64,000 bases of DNA from Patescibacteria group bacterium (GTDB lineage: Bacteria > Patescibacteriota > Microgenomatia > UBA8517), in the NCBI GenBank assembly GCA_022868165.1, contig JALHYA010000008.1:38444-102443 (forward strand). The letters are read 5' to 3'. Within the stretch, counting starts at the first letter, position 1; the number at the start of each line of letters is the position of its first letter. The translations under genes and the position numbers were made by a program. The notes under the pieces were generated by a model. The model was not told where the DNA came from. It worked only from the letters and a program-made list of their open reading frames with translations, and did no database searches. Of this stretch, positions 18,029-27,602 are shown piece after piece.

Positions 18029-18914
18029 TTTTAGGAAAACAATACACATCAAAAACATCATAGGGATATTCAATTTTTCCTTTTCTAAAAATGAGATTAA
18101 CAAAATGGTCAGTTTCAAAAGTGAACATTAAATAATTCAGGCGTTTAAGAAAATTGTAAACTTTTTCTATCGAGTGGCCCGATCTCAATGCGGTATCCCT
18201 GTTAAATTCCACAACCAACTTTGGTTTCATCTTGACTAAGGTCCTCTTGGCGCCCAGTAGGGTATAGTATTCAGATCCTTCTATGTCAATCTTGATAAAA
18301 TCGACATGTTTAATTCGATTTTTAATTAGATAGTTATCTAGAGTCGTCGTCTCAACAACACGCCCTCTCATTTTTACTTTTTTATCTGTGATATAACCTA
18401 AGCCACTACAATGTTTAATGATCTTGATGTTAGGAAAAATCCTATCGTTAGAAAAAACAAAAAAAGATTTTCCCGATTTATTTGAAATAGCCAAATTTTC
18501 GCATTTTACCCACGAAAAATTATTAATCCTAACGTTTGTTTTCAGTTTATCGAATATTTCTTCCGAGGGCTCAAAGCTTATTACTCTTCCTTTTTCTCCG
18601 ACTAGACTAGAGAAAAGAAGCGTAAACCAGCCTCTCTCCGCACCCATATCTATTACTGTTTGTCCAGGAAAAATCAAACGGGAAACGACAGAGGACATTC
18701 TAGTATCGTAGACTCCAAAAAAATATATGCCGTATGACATATAATCGGACGGAGAAACGAACATTTTAAATCCATAATTGGTCGAAACTTCAACTTCCCG
18801 ATGAGAAGCTATCTTCCTAATCTTGTCCCTTGCAAACATATTTAGTTTGTCCTGAAATACTCCTGGTTTTCTGACTATCCAAAGGCATATGTATCTAAAA
18901 AAACGTTCTATCAT
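18021..18914 (-). CDS. FkbM-family methyltransferase
   Basis: VIDMGAERGWFTLLF...GRVISFEPSEEIFDKLKTNVRIN...NLAISNKSGKSFF, the Methyltransf_21/FkbM signature. Confidence 0.75.
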   Translation of the reverse strand: MIERFFRYICLWIVRKPGVFQDKLNMFARDKIRKIASHREVEVSTNYGFKMFVSPSDYMSYGIYFFGVYDTRMSSVVSRLIFPGQTVIDMGAERGWFTLLFSSLVGEKGRVISFEPSEEIFDKLKTNVRINNFSWVKCENLAISNKSGKSFFVFSNDRIFPNIKIIKHCSGLGYITDKKVKMRGRVVETTTLDNYLIKNRIKHVDFIKIDIEGSEYYTLLGAKRTLVKMKPKLVVEFNRDTALRSGHSIEKVYNFLKRLNYLMFTFETDHFVNLIFRKGKIEYPYDVFDVYCFPKNE

Positions 18915-19561
18915 TATTTCTTTGCTACCAGAATTAGATATGTACAATTCACGCCACTTGCCACAACTCTCTCTCTTTTCGACAATATATACTGGGTAAT
19001 TTGAAATAGAACGGCCACGGGATCTTGAATAAATTTAGGAAGACGAAGAACTATTCCGTCTTGTAAAAGCTGAAGTCCTGTACTTCTTAAACCCATAATG
19101 TCGTGGAGGTCTATTACTTTTAAGCCCGAAGCTGTCACTATTTTTCTCAGACCATCAGGAGTCCATCGCCAAAAGTCAGCTGGATCCGGGTGATACATCC
19201 AAAAACCGTGCGTTGTTAGAAACAAAAGACCATTTTTCTTCAAAACCCGCTTGCTTTCTCTTAAATACAACGCGGGGTCGGGCACATGTTCCAATACCTG
19301 CGTCGACAAAACAATATCGACGGTACTACCGGATACCGGCAAGGTTCCGTTTCTTTTTAAGTGTCGATTTGCATTTTTGTTCCGATTTAAGTCGACCTCT
19401 ATATAATTTGTCGAGTTCCCCCGAAAAATACTTTTATATCGTTTCTCTCCACATCCGTAATCCACAATCGTTAGGCCTTTTTTATTTTCCAGAAACTTGA
19501 TATAAAATTTTTCGACTTCTTCTCGAAGCCATCTTGCCGCATTAAATCTTTGTATTTCCAT
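18914..19561 (-). CDS. Class I SAM-dependent methyltransferase (Methyltransf_11-like)
   Basis: TIVDYGCGEKRY (motif I) and VDIVLSTQVLEHVPDP (motif II). Confidence 0.7.
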   Translation of the reverse strand: MEIQRFNAARWLREEVEKFYIKFLENKKGLTIVDYGCGEKRYKSIFRGNSTNYIEVDLNRNKNANRHLKRNGTLPVSGSTVDIVLSTQVLEHVPDPALYLRESKRVLKKNGLLFLTTHGFWMYHPDPADFWRWTPDGLRKIVTASGLKVIDLHDIMGLRSTGLQLLQDGIVLRLPKFIQDPVAVLFQITQYILSKRERVVASGVNCTYLILVAKK

Positions 19562-21470
19562 TTAGTTTTTTGTAATCGAAGAAATATAAATTTGGCAATA
19601 CTTCTTGCGAGTTGCAAACTATTTCGTTATTCAGTTTTCTAAGGTAGAAAGCATTGTCATCTTCATATGGAAAGCGTTTTACCACCTTAGTTCTGTCAGA
19701 AATACATGTATTCGGAGTTGCCGTCCAAAATTCCATTTTCTTTTCTATTGCGGCAGGAATAACCTCGTCTATCTTTAACCCCTCAAGAGGTGGATTTTCA
19801 TAATAGCAGTTGGTCATAAAAGAACGCATCATACCGTCGTTCTCATACCAAATCATATCCGGATCAAATCGGGCTAAAGGAACTGCTTTTCCGTCAGGAG
19901 GATTTTCACACCAGAAAGTGGCCTCAGCCATTCGGGGTACAATATATCTTACCCAATCATAAATATTTGCTCTGCCTATTGAATAGTTAATTTCATTCCA
20001 ATTTAAAAACTTCAAGCTGTTTGTTTCTTTCACAACATCGACATAATTAAAAAGCACCGTTATGGATAGAAAAACTAATGCAAAATTTTTCATTAGATTA
20101 AGAAAATCATCAGAGAAATCCGCGAAGAACTGAACTGATATAAGGACCATTAATAAAAGTTGCAAATGTTGGTGGTATCTGTCCAAAAAGCCAGAAAAAT
20201 ACTTGAGCATTAAAAGCTCAAGTAAAAATGACGCTATAAGAAAAAGGCTAATTAGCTTTACCTTTCGGTTTTTATTGAGAAGTACTATTAAAGGCGAAGC
20301 GAAAACCATAATGTGCAAAAATTTATTGCCCGAAAGAAGCGTTTTTATAATTGGATAAAAGTTTTGCATATTAACTTTTGTTGTCCAGCCGCTAAAAAAT
20401 CCGGAACCCCAAGGACAATCCGCCGCATATCTACCAGCGCAATGAAAGATGAAGGGATAAACTGGGTTGCCGTAGAAATACAAGTTTTTAAGGTACCAAT
20501 ATCCTCCAAAAATAGTTAACAAAAGGAAAGATTTAATTATTGTTCTTCTATTAATTATTTTTATGTATTTTTTTCGGAACCAGAAAACTATGAAGGAGGA
20601 AACCAATAGAAAAGAAGCAAACGCTGTCAAAACCGTATATTTTGTACCAAACGCCAATGCCCAAAAAAGCATGGATAATAACAAAGATTCTCGTTTTGGC
20701 TTCAGCAAAAATGCAATTCCGTAAACCAGACCAATTAGAAGAAAAGAGAAAGTCCCGACATCAACGAAGCCTAAAGTTGAAACAAAAACTATTCCCTGTC
20801 GCAAGCTTAAAAAGATAAAAACAAACAGAAAGCCGACTAGATAGTTGAAGTGGGCTCTCAGCATTCGAAAAGCAAATAGTAAACTTGTCGCCAAAATCAA
20901 AAAATGGAAGAGCCTTGCTATGGAATAGGTTCTAGTTAGAGAAAAAATAAGTATAAAAAACGTGTCCAGATTCCGAGGTAGGTTCATATATAAACCACCG
21001 TTAAATTTCCAAAAAACACCAAGGTCTCTCACAAGCGCAGAGGGAGAAATAAAATGATATGCCATTTCGTCTGAATAATATGGTGGCAGCGAAGCTCTAA
21101 CAAAGACTGCGGGCAATAAAAAGGAAATTAATAAAATCGGAATTCTTACTTCCCAAAGTGCCTTGCCAAGATTAACTATCTCTTTGTTTTTAAGATAATT
21201 AGGAATCGAAATTAAAGAAAGCGCTACAACACTAATAATTAATGGTGTTCTCTGGGGAAGAACAATAAAACCCAATAGAAACCAGATAAAAACAAATACC
21301 CCTAAACCAATAATCCAATTTATTATTCTCGACTCATCATCCTTTTCGCGTCTTATCAAGATCTTTTTTACAAAGGTTCCGAGAATATCTAAAAATATAA
21401 AAAGAATCAAAAAATAAGAAAGCGTTTGAAAATTAAGAGGCTGAAAAAAATCAGAAAGTTTTAATAGCAT
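19542..21470 (-). CDS. Large polytopic membrane protein, GT-C-like, with Cys-rich C-terminal extracytoplasmic domain
   Basis: About 13 predicted TM helices. The loop PPYYSDEMAYHFISP is a DE-containing motif reminiscent of PMT_2/ArnT catalytic loops. The roughly 230 aa C-terminal soluble domain has 6 Cys. Confidence 0.4.
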   Translation of the reverse strand: MLLKLSDFFQPLNFQTLSYFLILFIFLDILGTFVKKILIRREKDDESRIINWIIGLGVFVFIWFLLGFIVLPQRTPLIISVVALSLISIPNYLKNKEIVNLGKALWEVRIPILLISFLLPAVFVRASLPPYYSDEMAYHFISPSALVRDLGVFWKFNGGLYMNLPRNLDTFFILIFSLTRTYSIARLFHFLILATSLLFAFRMLRAHFNYLVGFLFVFIFLSLRQGIVFVSTLGFVDVGTFSFLLIGLVYGIAFLLKPKRESLLLSMLFWALAFGTKYTVLTAFASFLLVSSFIVFWFRKKYIKIINRRTIIKSFLLLTIFGGYWYLKNLYFYGNPVYPFIFHCAGRYAADCPWGSGFFSGWTTKVNMQNFYPIIKTLLSGNKFLHIMVFASPLIVLLNKNRKVKLISLFLIASFLLELLMLKYFSGFLDRYHQHLQLLLMVLISVQFFADFSDDFLNLMKNFALVFLSITVLFNYVDVVKETNSLKFLNWNEINYSIGRANIYDWVRYIVPRMAEATFWCENPPDGKAVPLARFDPDMIWYENDGMMRSFMTNCYYENPPLEGLKIDEVIPAAIEKKMEFWTATPNTCISDRTKVVKRFPYEDDNAFYLRKLNNEIVCNSQEVLPNLYFFDYKKLNGNTKI

Positions 21471-21532
21471 AGCTGTCCGTATTTTTGATTCTGCTGTATT
21501 ATATCAACTTTTACTTGTATTATTGGTTTATT

Positions 21533-22087
21533 ATGGCGGTCGCAGACATCACAACACCTATTAGAGCCAAGCTTATTGTCGGTTCTTACAAAGGCTGGAT
21601 GAAAAAGGGTAGTAAGGTTCTTGATGTCGGTTGCGGAACGGGCATTGTCGCTGACGAATTGGCTCACAAGCTAAAAATAAAAGTTGTGGGATGTGATATC
21701 GACCAATATCTTGTTAGAAAAATACCATTTAAAAAGATAGCTTCCGGCTCACACCTTCCTTTTAAATCTCGAGAATTCGATGCTGTTATGTTAAATGATG
21801 TCTTGCATCATACCGAGTACTCTATACAGGAAAAGCTTTTATCCGAATCTCTGCGTGTCGCAAATAAAGTGCTAATTTTTGAACTAAGGCCTACGACAAT
21901 TGGGAAAGTACTCGATTTCATTATTAATAAAATCCACAATCCAAAAATGCCAATACCATTTACCTACCGTAGCGATAAAGAGTGGGAAAAGCTTTTCAGA
22001 AAAAATCATTTGAAGTTCAAAAAAAAGAAAGTTGTTTCCCCTTTTTATTATCCTTTCTCTCACATATCTTACCGAGTCAAAAGATAG
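21533..22087 (+). CDS. Class I SAM-dependent methyltransferase
   Basis: VLDVGCGTGIVADELA motif I. Start is probably the internal M (MAVADITT) at about 21533, because the track start at 21485 leaves only 14 bp to the divergent gene. Confidence 0.65.
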   Translation: MAVADITTPIRAKLIVGSYKGWMKKGSKVLDVGCGTGIVADELAHKLKIKVVGCDIDQYLVRKIPFKKIASGSHLPFKSREFDAVMLNDVLHHTEYSIQEKLLSESLRVANKVLIFELRPTTIGKVLDFIINKIHNPKMPIPFTYRSDKEWEKLFRKNHLKFKKKKVVSPFYYPFSHISYRVKR

Positions 22088-22097
22088 GTATGCTTCT

Positions 22098-22841
22098 AAT
22101 ATGAAAAATAAACTGGGACATCAGAAAAAATATTTTAACGAGATTGCAGAAAATTATCACTCTCTTTCTTCTAGTAGTATTGCCAGCGCAGAAAAATTAA
22201 AAAAGGCTACAAGGGAATTTATAAAAGGCAATGTGTTAGATGTGGGCAGCGGAGGAATTATCAATTATGATATTCGAAATGCAAGAAAGCTGGTTCTATC
22301 TGATATTGCCGTAGAAACATTAAAAAATCCCCAAATAATAGAGAATGGCAAGTTACATACGATTAAGAACAACAAAATTAGTTTTGTTGAAGCTAGCGCT
22401 CTAAGTTTGCCCTTTAAAAAGAATTCATTCGATACGGTAATAATGGTTACTACCGCCCACCATTTATCTGAAAATTCATTATCAAAAACAAAACGCAATA
22501 TACTAAACGCATTTTCCGAAATTAATAAAGTTTTGAAAAAGGATGGAATATTTATTATCCATGAATGTTTTTTGTTTCCTCTCCTAAAGTTTCTTCAAGA
22601 AATATTTTTTGAACCTTCTTTTTGGCTACTTTTTAAAGTTGGTAAACCCCTTCCCTACTTCATGTCCGAAAGACAAATAGTGCAATATTTGAAAACTGCT
22701 GGATTTAGAGTTATCAAAAGGAAGAGCATTCCATCCGGAGAAAAGATTTATCTACCGCTATTTCCAAAATTATCTCCCCCGGGTAAAATCTGGGACAAAC
22801 TTCTCAAAAGTGAGGTCTACATAACAAAGAAGATACGATAA
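22098..22841 (+). CDS. Class I SAM-dependent methyltransferase
   Basis: VLDVGSGGIINYD motif I and FDTVIMVTTAHHL motif II. Start is likely the internal M (MKNKLGH), after the upstream stop. Confidence 0.65.
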   Translation, partial: NMKNKLGHQKKYFNEIAENYHSLSSSSIASAEKLKKATREFIKGNVLDVGSGGIINYDIRNARKLVLSDIAVETLKNPQIIENGKLHTIKNNKISFVEASALSLPFKKNSFDTVIMVTTAHHLSENSLSKTKRNILNAFSEINKVLKKDGIFIIHECFLFPLLKFLQEIFFEPSFWLLFKVGKPLPYFMSERQIVQYLKTAGFRVIKRKSIPSGEKIYLPLFPKLSPPGKIWDKLLKSEVYITKKIR

Positions 22842-22847
22842 TTTATT

Positions 22848-23654
22848 TTAAGAATCTTTAAAAGTGTCGATATATTTTCCAAACAACCAAACCATTATCC
22901 CATTTATTTTTCTTTTCTTGAGCTCGCCGAAAAGTTGTCTGTAAGAATTCCATTTGTTTTTCAAATAGGAATCTTTTAGAGAGGTACTCTTTTTGTGATA
23001 TCTGTATCTGACCAATCTTTTAGGTACGATAACTAACATACCCCTATCCATAACCTCTAACGCAAACTTCCAGTCTTCCCCGCCGAAGTTATAATTTGAG
23101 TCAAACTTTAACTCTTTTATTTTGTCTGCCCTGAAAACCTCGTGCGATAGCTGACAGAGATAAAAAGCGCTGCGGGGCATAGTTTTGCGGTGGAAAAGAT
23201 AGAAAAGTAATTGAAATATGTCTCTAATAGCTGAGAGGATATAAATTTTTATTTTGAAGCCCGCAGGCATATCTTTATCAAAAAGCGGGGACGACATCGC
23301 AACCGAGCCAACATAATTCCCTTTTGAAATGTTTTTGATTGATTGCCTCAAAAAATCCTTTTTCCAAATGTCATCGGCATCCAAAAACACCACAAAGTCC
23401 GTATTGATAAAATTAAGAGCTTGATTGCGCGCCGGTCCGGACTTTAAATTCTTGCGATTTCTGATAACTTTAACCTGGGGCAAACTCTTTTTTATTATCG
23501 GCCCCAAAGGTTCCGGCGAACAGTCGTCTACAACGATAATTTTAATGGAGTAATTTCCTTTTTGGCTATAGACACTCCTTAGCGTTTCCAGAAGAAGCTC
23601 AGGTTTTGAATAGGCAGGTATTATTACGGTAACGCTAATCTTATCTTTTGGCAT
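22848..23654 (-). CDS. Family 2 glycosyltransferase
   Basis: ISVTVIIPAYSKPELLLETLRSVYSQ...IIVVDDCSPEP and FLDADDIW (DxD). Confidence 0.75.
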   Translation of the reverse strand: MPKDKISVTVIIPAYSKPELLLETLRSVYSQKGNYSIKIIVVDDCSPEPLGPIIKKSLPQVKVIRNRKNLKSGPARNQALNFINTDFVVFLDADDIWKKDFLRQSIKNISKGNYVGSVAMSSPLFDKDMPAGFKIKIYILSAIRDIFQLLFYLFHRKTMPRSAFYLCQLSHEVFRADKIKELKFDSNYNFGGEDWKFALEVMDRGMLVIVPKRLVRYRYHKKSTSLKDSYLKNKWNSYRQLFGELKKRKINGIMVWLFGKYIDTFKDS

Positions 23655-24444
23655 AAATATATCCGATTTTATTTTCTATGTCGTTGTATCGGTGAGTCAG
23701 TCTAAATCCGTTATCTTTCAAGATATTAATTAAATCGTGATGATTTTGTTTGGAATTCATCTCGTGAAACTCCAAGGCAACTGTCTTTACTCTTTTCAAA
23801 ATATAACCGGGGCAGTAAGCCAAAATGTCATATTCCGCTCCCTCGCAGTCGATTTTCAGATAGTTACAAACTTTAATTTTGTTGTCTAAAAAGATATCCT
23901 CCAGAGTAACTGTTTTTATTGTTTCAAATTTTCTTTCCTCGCGGCTCTTATAGATGCTGCTCAAGCCCGTTTTCCCCAACTCATACAATTTAATCTTTCC
24001 CTTACCTTTATATACCGCCAGTTTAAAAGGTATTATCTGTCTTTCCATTCCATTTAAAAGAATATTTTCATTAAGTTGGTCAAAAGCCATGCTTCCCGGT
24101 TCATAACTATATATTTTTGCCTTTTGCATCTTAAGTGCTGCTAGAATCGAAAAAGCTCCAATGTTGGCTCCAATATCTATTACAGTAGCTTGACGCAGAG
24201 AGGATTTAATTTTGTATTCGTTTGATGCAAAAACTTCTTTTATTATCCACGCATCCATAAAATCTTTCGCTTTAAACCTTAGACCATTTCTTAATCTTAA
24301 AATCCGCCCCTTTTTAAAACTTATTACACCAAATGCCCCCAGGGGTACAGTTGGCCAATTTTCAATAATATTTATTAGTTTAAACGAGGAAATAAAATAC
24401 TTTAGTAATCTATACGCCTTTGGGTAAGATTTCGGTTGGTTCAT
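23641..24444 (-). CDS. FkbM-family methyltransferase
   Basis: VIDIGANIGAFSILAA...IYSYEPGSMAFDQLNENI...KLAVYKGKGKIKLY. Confidence 0.75.
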   Translation of the reverse strand: MNQPKSYPKAYRLLKYFISSFKLINIIENWPTVPLGAFGVISFKKGRILRLRNGLRFKAKDFMDAWIIKEVFASNEYKIKSSLRQATVIDIGANIGAFSILAALKMQKAKIYSYEPGSMAFDQLNENILLNGMERQIIPFKLAVYKGKGKIKLYELGKTGLSSIYKSREERKFETIKTVTLEDIFLDNKIKVCNYLKIDCEGAEYDILAYCPGYILKRVKTVALEFHEMNSKQNHHDLINILKDNGFRLTHRYNDIENKIGYIYAKR

Positions 24445-24448
24445 CTAT

Positions 24449-25534
24449 TTATTTTAAATCCGGCAACCGATTTACCAAGTGAGTCTTGATTGTTTCTATC
24501 AGAAAAACCCATATAAATGTAATTGCATCAATCGACGATAATAAAATTTTCGTACCCAAATGCTCATCGGGCAAAAAAAGAATTATCAAAATCGTAAAAA
24601 AGAGAAGAAAAATTGTAATTGGAACGAGGGGAACAGAATTCAGAAATGTGGAAATAAGATTGGGTTTCCCCTCTATTGCGAAAGAAAAGTATTCCAACGC
24701 CAAAAGGCTCAGAAAAACTACAAAGAAGAAGAGTAGGAAAAAGCTGGTAAATCCAAAACTATAAGGAAGAGATATAAATGCCAAAACCAAAAAAAGAAGC
24801 ATTGTTAAAACCAAAAATATTGGCTTAAGAAGCAAAATTGCTTTAAGGTGCCGCCAGCCGTCGGCCCATCTTGCCAAATGCGGGGGTCTTCCCCTCTTAT
24901 CTTTGTAAAAGTAAATTGGGACCTCCATATATTTTCCGTGTTTAATCGCAGTTTTTAATAAAAGCTCGCTCGCCCACTCCATTCCGGCAGATTTCATATT
25001 TAGCAGTTTATAAAAAGACTTTTTGACCATTCGCATTCCGGAATTACAATCCGAAGTCGGTATCCGGTAGGCAATGCGGATAAGAAATGTCAAAACCGGA
25101 GTCCCTAAATATCTGTGAAGAATTGGCATTGCCCCCCTCGATATTGTTCCTCTTAACCTGGAGCCCAATACCAAGTCGGGTTTTTCTTCGATTGTGTTTT
25201 TAAACTTCTTTAGGTTTTTAAAAGGATAGCTTAAGTCCGCATCGGCAAAAACAACAAACTCTCCCCTACTCTTCATTATTCCCCAGTGAAGTGCTGCACC
25301 ATATCCTTTAATAGGAACGTTGATTACCCTTATTTCCTTTATCTTTTTTAGAATTTCCCATGAGCCATCCGTACTTCCGTTATCAGCAACTACTATTTCC
25401 CAATCTTTCGGGAAAAACTTCTTGGCATTTTTTTTGGCGTCTGCCACCGCTCTCGCAATTGTTTTCTTCTCATTAAGGCAGGGAATAAGCAAGCTTATGG
25501 TTGGCCGCTTTGACATAGCCGAATTATACAACAA
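24449..25534 (-). CDS. Membrane-anchored GT2, polyprenyl-phosphate glycosyltransferase-like (GtrB/ArnC/DPM1-like)
   Basis: GT2 N-terminal domain (ISLLIPCLNEKK...EIVVADNGSTDGS, ADADLSYP) followed by a C-terminal TM segment cluster (about 3-4 helices), the architecture of polyprenol-P sugar synthases. Confidence 0.65.
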   Translation of the reverse strand: MLYNSAMSKRPTISLLIPCLNEKKTIARAVADAKKNAKKFFPKDWEIVVADNGSTDGSWEILKKIKEIRVINVPIKGYGAALHWGIMKSRGEFVVFADADLSYPFKNLKKFKNTIEEKPDLVLGSRLRGTISRGAMPILHRYLGTPVLTFLIRIAYRIPTSDCNSGMRMVKKSFYKLLNMKSAGMEWASELLLKTAIKHGKYMEVPIYFYKDKRGRPPHLARWADGWRHLKAILLLKPIFLVLTMLLFLVLAFISLPYSFGFTSFFLLFFFVVFLSLLALEYFSFAIEGKPNLISTFLNSVPLVPITIFLLFFTILIILFLPDEHLGTKILLSSIDAITFIWVFLIETIKTHLVNRLPDLK

Positions 25535-25579
25535 AAGGCTAAAGCCTGAAGTTTTCTTGAATGCTGTTATAAGCGAAGC

Positions 25580-25610
25580 TTGAAACAGCTTATTTAAAAG
25601 CTGTTATAAT
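25580..25610 (+). promoter_or_regulatory. Candidate sigma70-type promoter (-35 TTGAAA, 19-nt spacer, -10 TATAAT) overlapped by nested inverted repeats
   Basis: TTGAAA at 25580-25585 and TATAAT at 25605-25610, with the ATG at 25631. Inverted repeats GCTGTT(25563-68)/AACAGC(25584-89) and AACAGCTT(25584-91)/AAGCTGTT(25598-605) overlap the -35/-10 elements. Confidence 0.35.
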
Positions 25611-25630
25611 GTGCTACTTTTGAAATTTTA

Positions 25631-26866
25631 ATGCATAAAAATCGCCTTAAAAATTATTATCTGGAGGATACAAAGAAACTCATAAAATTTCTTGTCCCCA
25701 AAGATGCCAAAACATTAATCATGGAAAAGAGCAATTTTAGACCAAAGGGCAAATACGATTTTATTGTGGTCAACGAACTAATTGGGGATATCGAAGATGT
25801 CCAAGAATTTTTCTCGAGAATAAGAACACTTTGCGACAACAAGGCGCGAATCTTGGTGACTTATTACAATTTTCTCTGGAGGCCAATAATCAAGTTTGCA
25901 ACCTTTATGGGCTGGAGAAAAGACACCAGCGAACAAAATTGGCTTGACAACAACGATATAGCTAATCTTCTTGAACTCGCCGGTTTGGAAATCGTCACCA
26001 GTCAAAAAAGACTCCTATTCCCAATCGAAATTCCTATTCTGTCCCAATTTGTCAATCGCTGGATAGCTCCGCTTCCTGTAATAAATACTTTTTGTCTTAA
26101 AACATGGACGCTGGCAAAATTAAAACAAGAAAAAAGGAAAGAATATAGCGTTTCGATAGTAGTCCCGGCCAGAAATGAAAAGGGTAATATCCCCCATATA
26201 GCGAAGTCTATTCCTAAAGTTGGCACTCGACGGGAAGTAATTTTTATAGAAGGTCATTCTCAGGACAATACATGGGACGAGATTCAGAAACTTTTTAAAT
26301 CGAAGGCTGCGAAAGGTGTATCAATCAAGGCCTTTCAACAGAAGGGTGTGGGCAAGGCAGATGCTGTGCGAATGGGATTTGATAAAGCCAAGGGGGACAT
26401 TTTAATGATTTTAGATGCCGACCTTACCGTAGCCCCAAAAGAATTGCCAAAATTCTACAACGTGCTTTCTAATGGACAGGCAGAATTTGCGAACGGCTCG
26501 AGACTGGTCTACCCCATGGAAAAGGAAGCAATGAACACCCTCAATATTTTGGGAAACCGAACTTTTAGCTGGTTATTTACTTGGATTCTTGGCCAAAGAT
26601 TCAAGGATACTCTCTGCGGAACAAAAGCCCTATTTCGAAAGGATTATTTGAAGATAGTCAAAAATAGAGGTTTCTTTGGAGATTTCGACCCCTTCGGAGA
26701 TTTTGATCTAATATTCGGGGCAATTAAACAAAACCTCAAAATCGCGGAAATACCCATACGCTACAGGGAAAGGGTCTATGGAATGACCAATATACGACGG
26801 TTCAGACACGGCTGGTTACTGCTGAAAATGACTTGGTTTGCTTATAAAAAATTTAATATCCTTTAG
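25631..26866 (+). CDS. Two-domain protein: N-terminal methyltransferase-like (motif-I-less) domain fused to GT2 glycosyltransferase
   Basis: C-terminal GT2 (VSIVVPARNEKGNIPH..., LDADLT, DPM1-like). The N-terminal roughly 170 aa (DFIVVNELIGDIEDVQEFF...ARILVTYY) looks like the post-motif-I half of a class I MTase. Confidence 0.6.
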   Translation: MHKNRLKNYYLEDTKKLIKFLVPKDAKTLIMEKSNFRPKGKYDFIVVNELIGDIEDVQEFFSRIRTLCDNKARILVTYYNFLWRPIIKFATFMGWRKDTSEQNWLDNNDIANLLELAGLEIVTSQKRLLFPIEIPILSQFVNRWIAPLPVINTFCLKTWTLAKLKQEKRKEYSVSIVVPARNEKGNIPHIAKSIPKVGTRREVIFIEGHSQDNTWDEIQKLFKSKAAKGVSIKAFQQKGVGKADAVRMGFDKAKGDILMILDADLTVAPKELPKFYNVLSNGQAEFANGSRLVYPMEKEAMNTLNILGNRTFSWLFTWILGQRFKDTLCGTKALFRKDYLKIVKNRGFFGDFDPFGDFDLIFGAIKQNLKIAEIPIRYRERVYGMTNIRRFRHGWLLLKMTWFAYKKFNIL

Positions 26867-27602
26867 TAGCTATAAGATTAACGTATGACATTTTTCCCTG
26901 GTTTTTGCCGTAAAGGCGGTTTTTATAATCTTCTTCCAAATAACTTATTTTAAATCCTGAGCTTTTGAGAAGCTTAAGAAAATTTCTTGCGGATGCTCCT
27001 GCTCGTCTAAGGTAGAAAAACGAAAATTCGCTTAATAATATTAGCTTTTTCGTTCCTTTTAAAATTTTTGCCATTCCGAGAAGAACTTCGTATTCGAATC
27101 CCTGGGTATCAATCTTAATAAAATCTATCTGGTGGCCATCAAAATATTTGTCAATTGCAATAACCCTTGTAGGTACAATTTTTCTCTTTTCCCCATTATT
27201 GTAAGTAAGGTGGTCAACATTTAATGTGTTCGAAACATAAAGATTTATTGTTCCGTTTTTCTTCCCTACTGCAAGATTGTTTAACTTTACGTTCTTCAGT
27301 CGACCACATAGCCTTTTTAGATTCCTGAAATTATTTTTTTCCGGTTCGAACGCATATACTTTTCCTTTCCTGCCTACCAAATCCGATAAAATCAAAGTAA
27401 AAAAACCTATGTTTGCCCCTATATCAAGAACAATCATCCCCGGTTTTATGACTTTCTTAATAAACTCTATTTCCTCTCTTTCGTTAAACCGCTTATACAA
27501 AAAATACAAATTTTTATACAAAGCGAAGTTTGTTTTATAGAGGCGGTTTATGAAAGCAAAAGGTAGTGTCGGATCAATAATATCCATTAGGTTATTTATC
27601 AT
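26853..27602 (-). CDS. FkbM-family methyltransferase
   Basis: VLDIGANIGFFTLILSDLVGRKGKVYAFEPEKNNFRNLKRL...NLAVGKKNGTINLYV. Confidence 0.75.
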   Translation of the reverse strand: MINNLMDIIDPTLPFAFINRLYKTNFALYKNLYFLYKRFNEREEIEFIKKVIKPGMIVLDIGANIGFFTLILSDLVGRKGKVYAFEPEKNNFRNLKRLCGRLKNVKLNNLAVGKKNGTINLYVSNTLNVDHLTYNNGEKRKIVPTRVIAIDKYFDGHQIDFIKIDTQGFEYEVLLGMAKILKGTKKLILLSEFSFFYLRRAGASARNFLKLLKSSGFKISYLEEDYKNRLYGKNQGKMSYVNLIATKGY

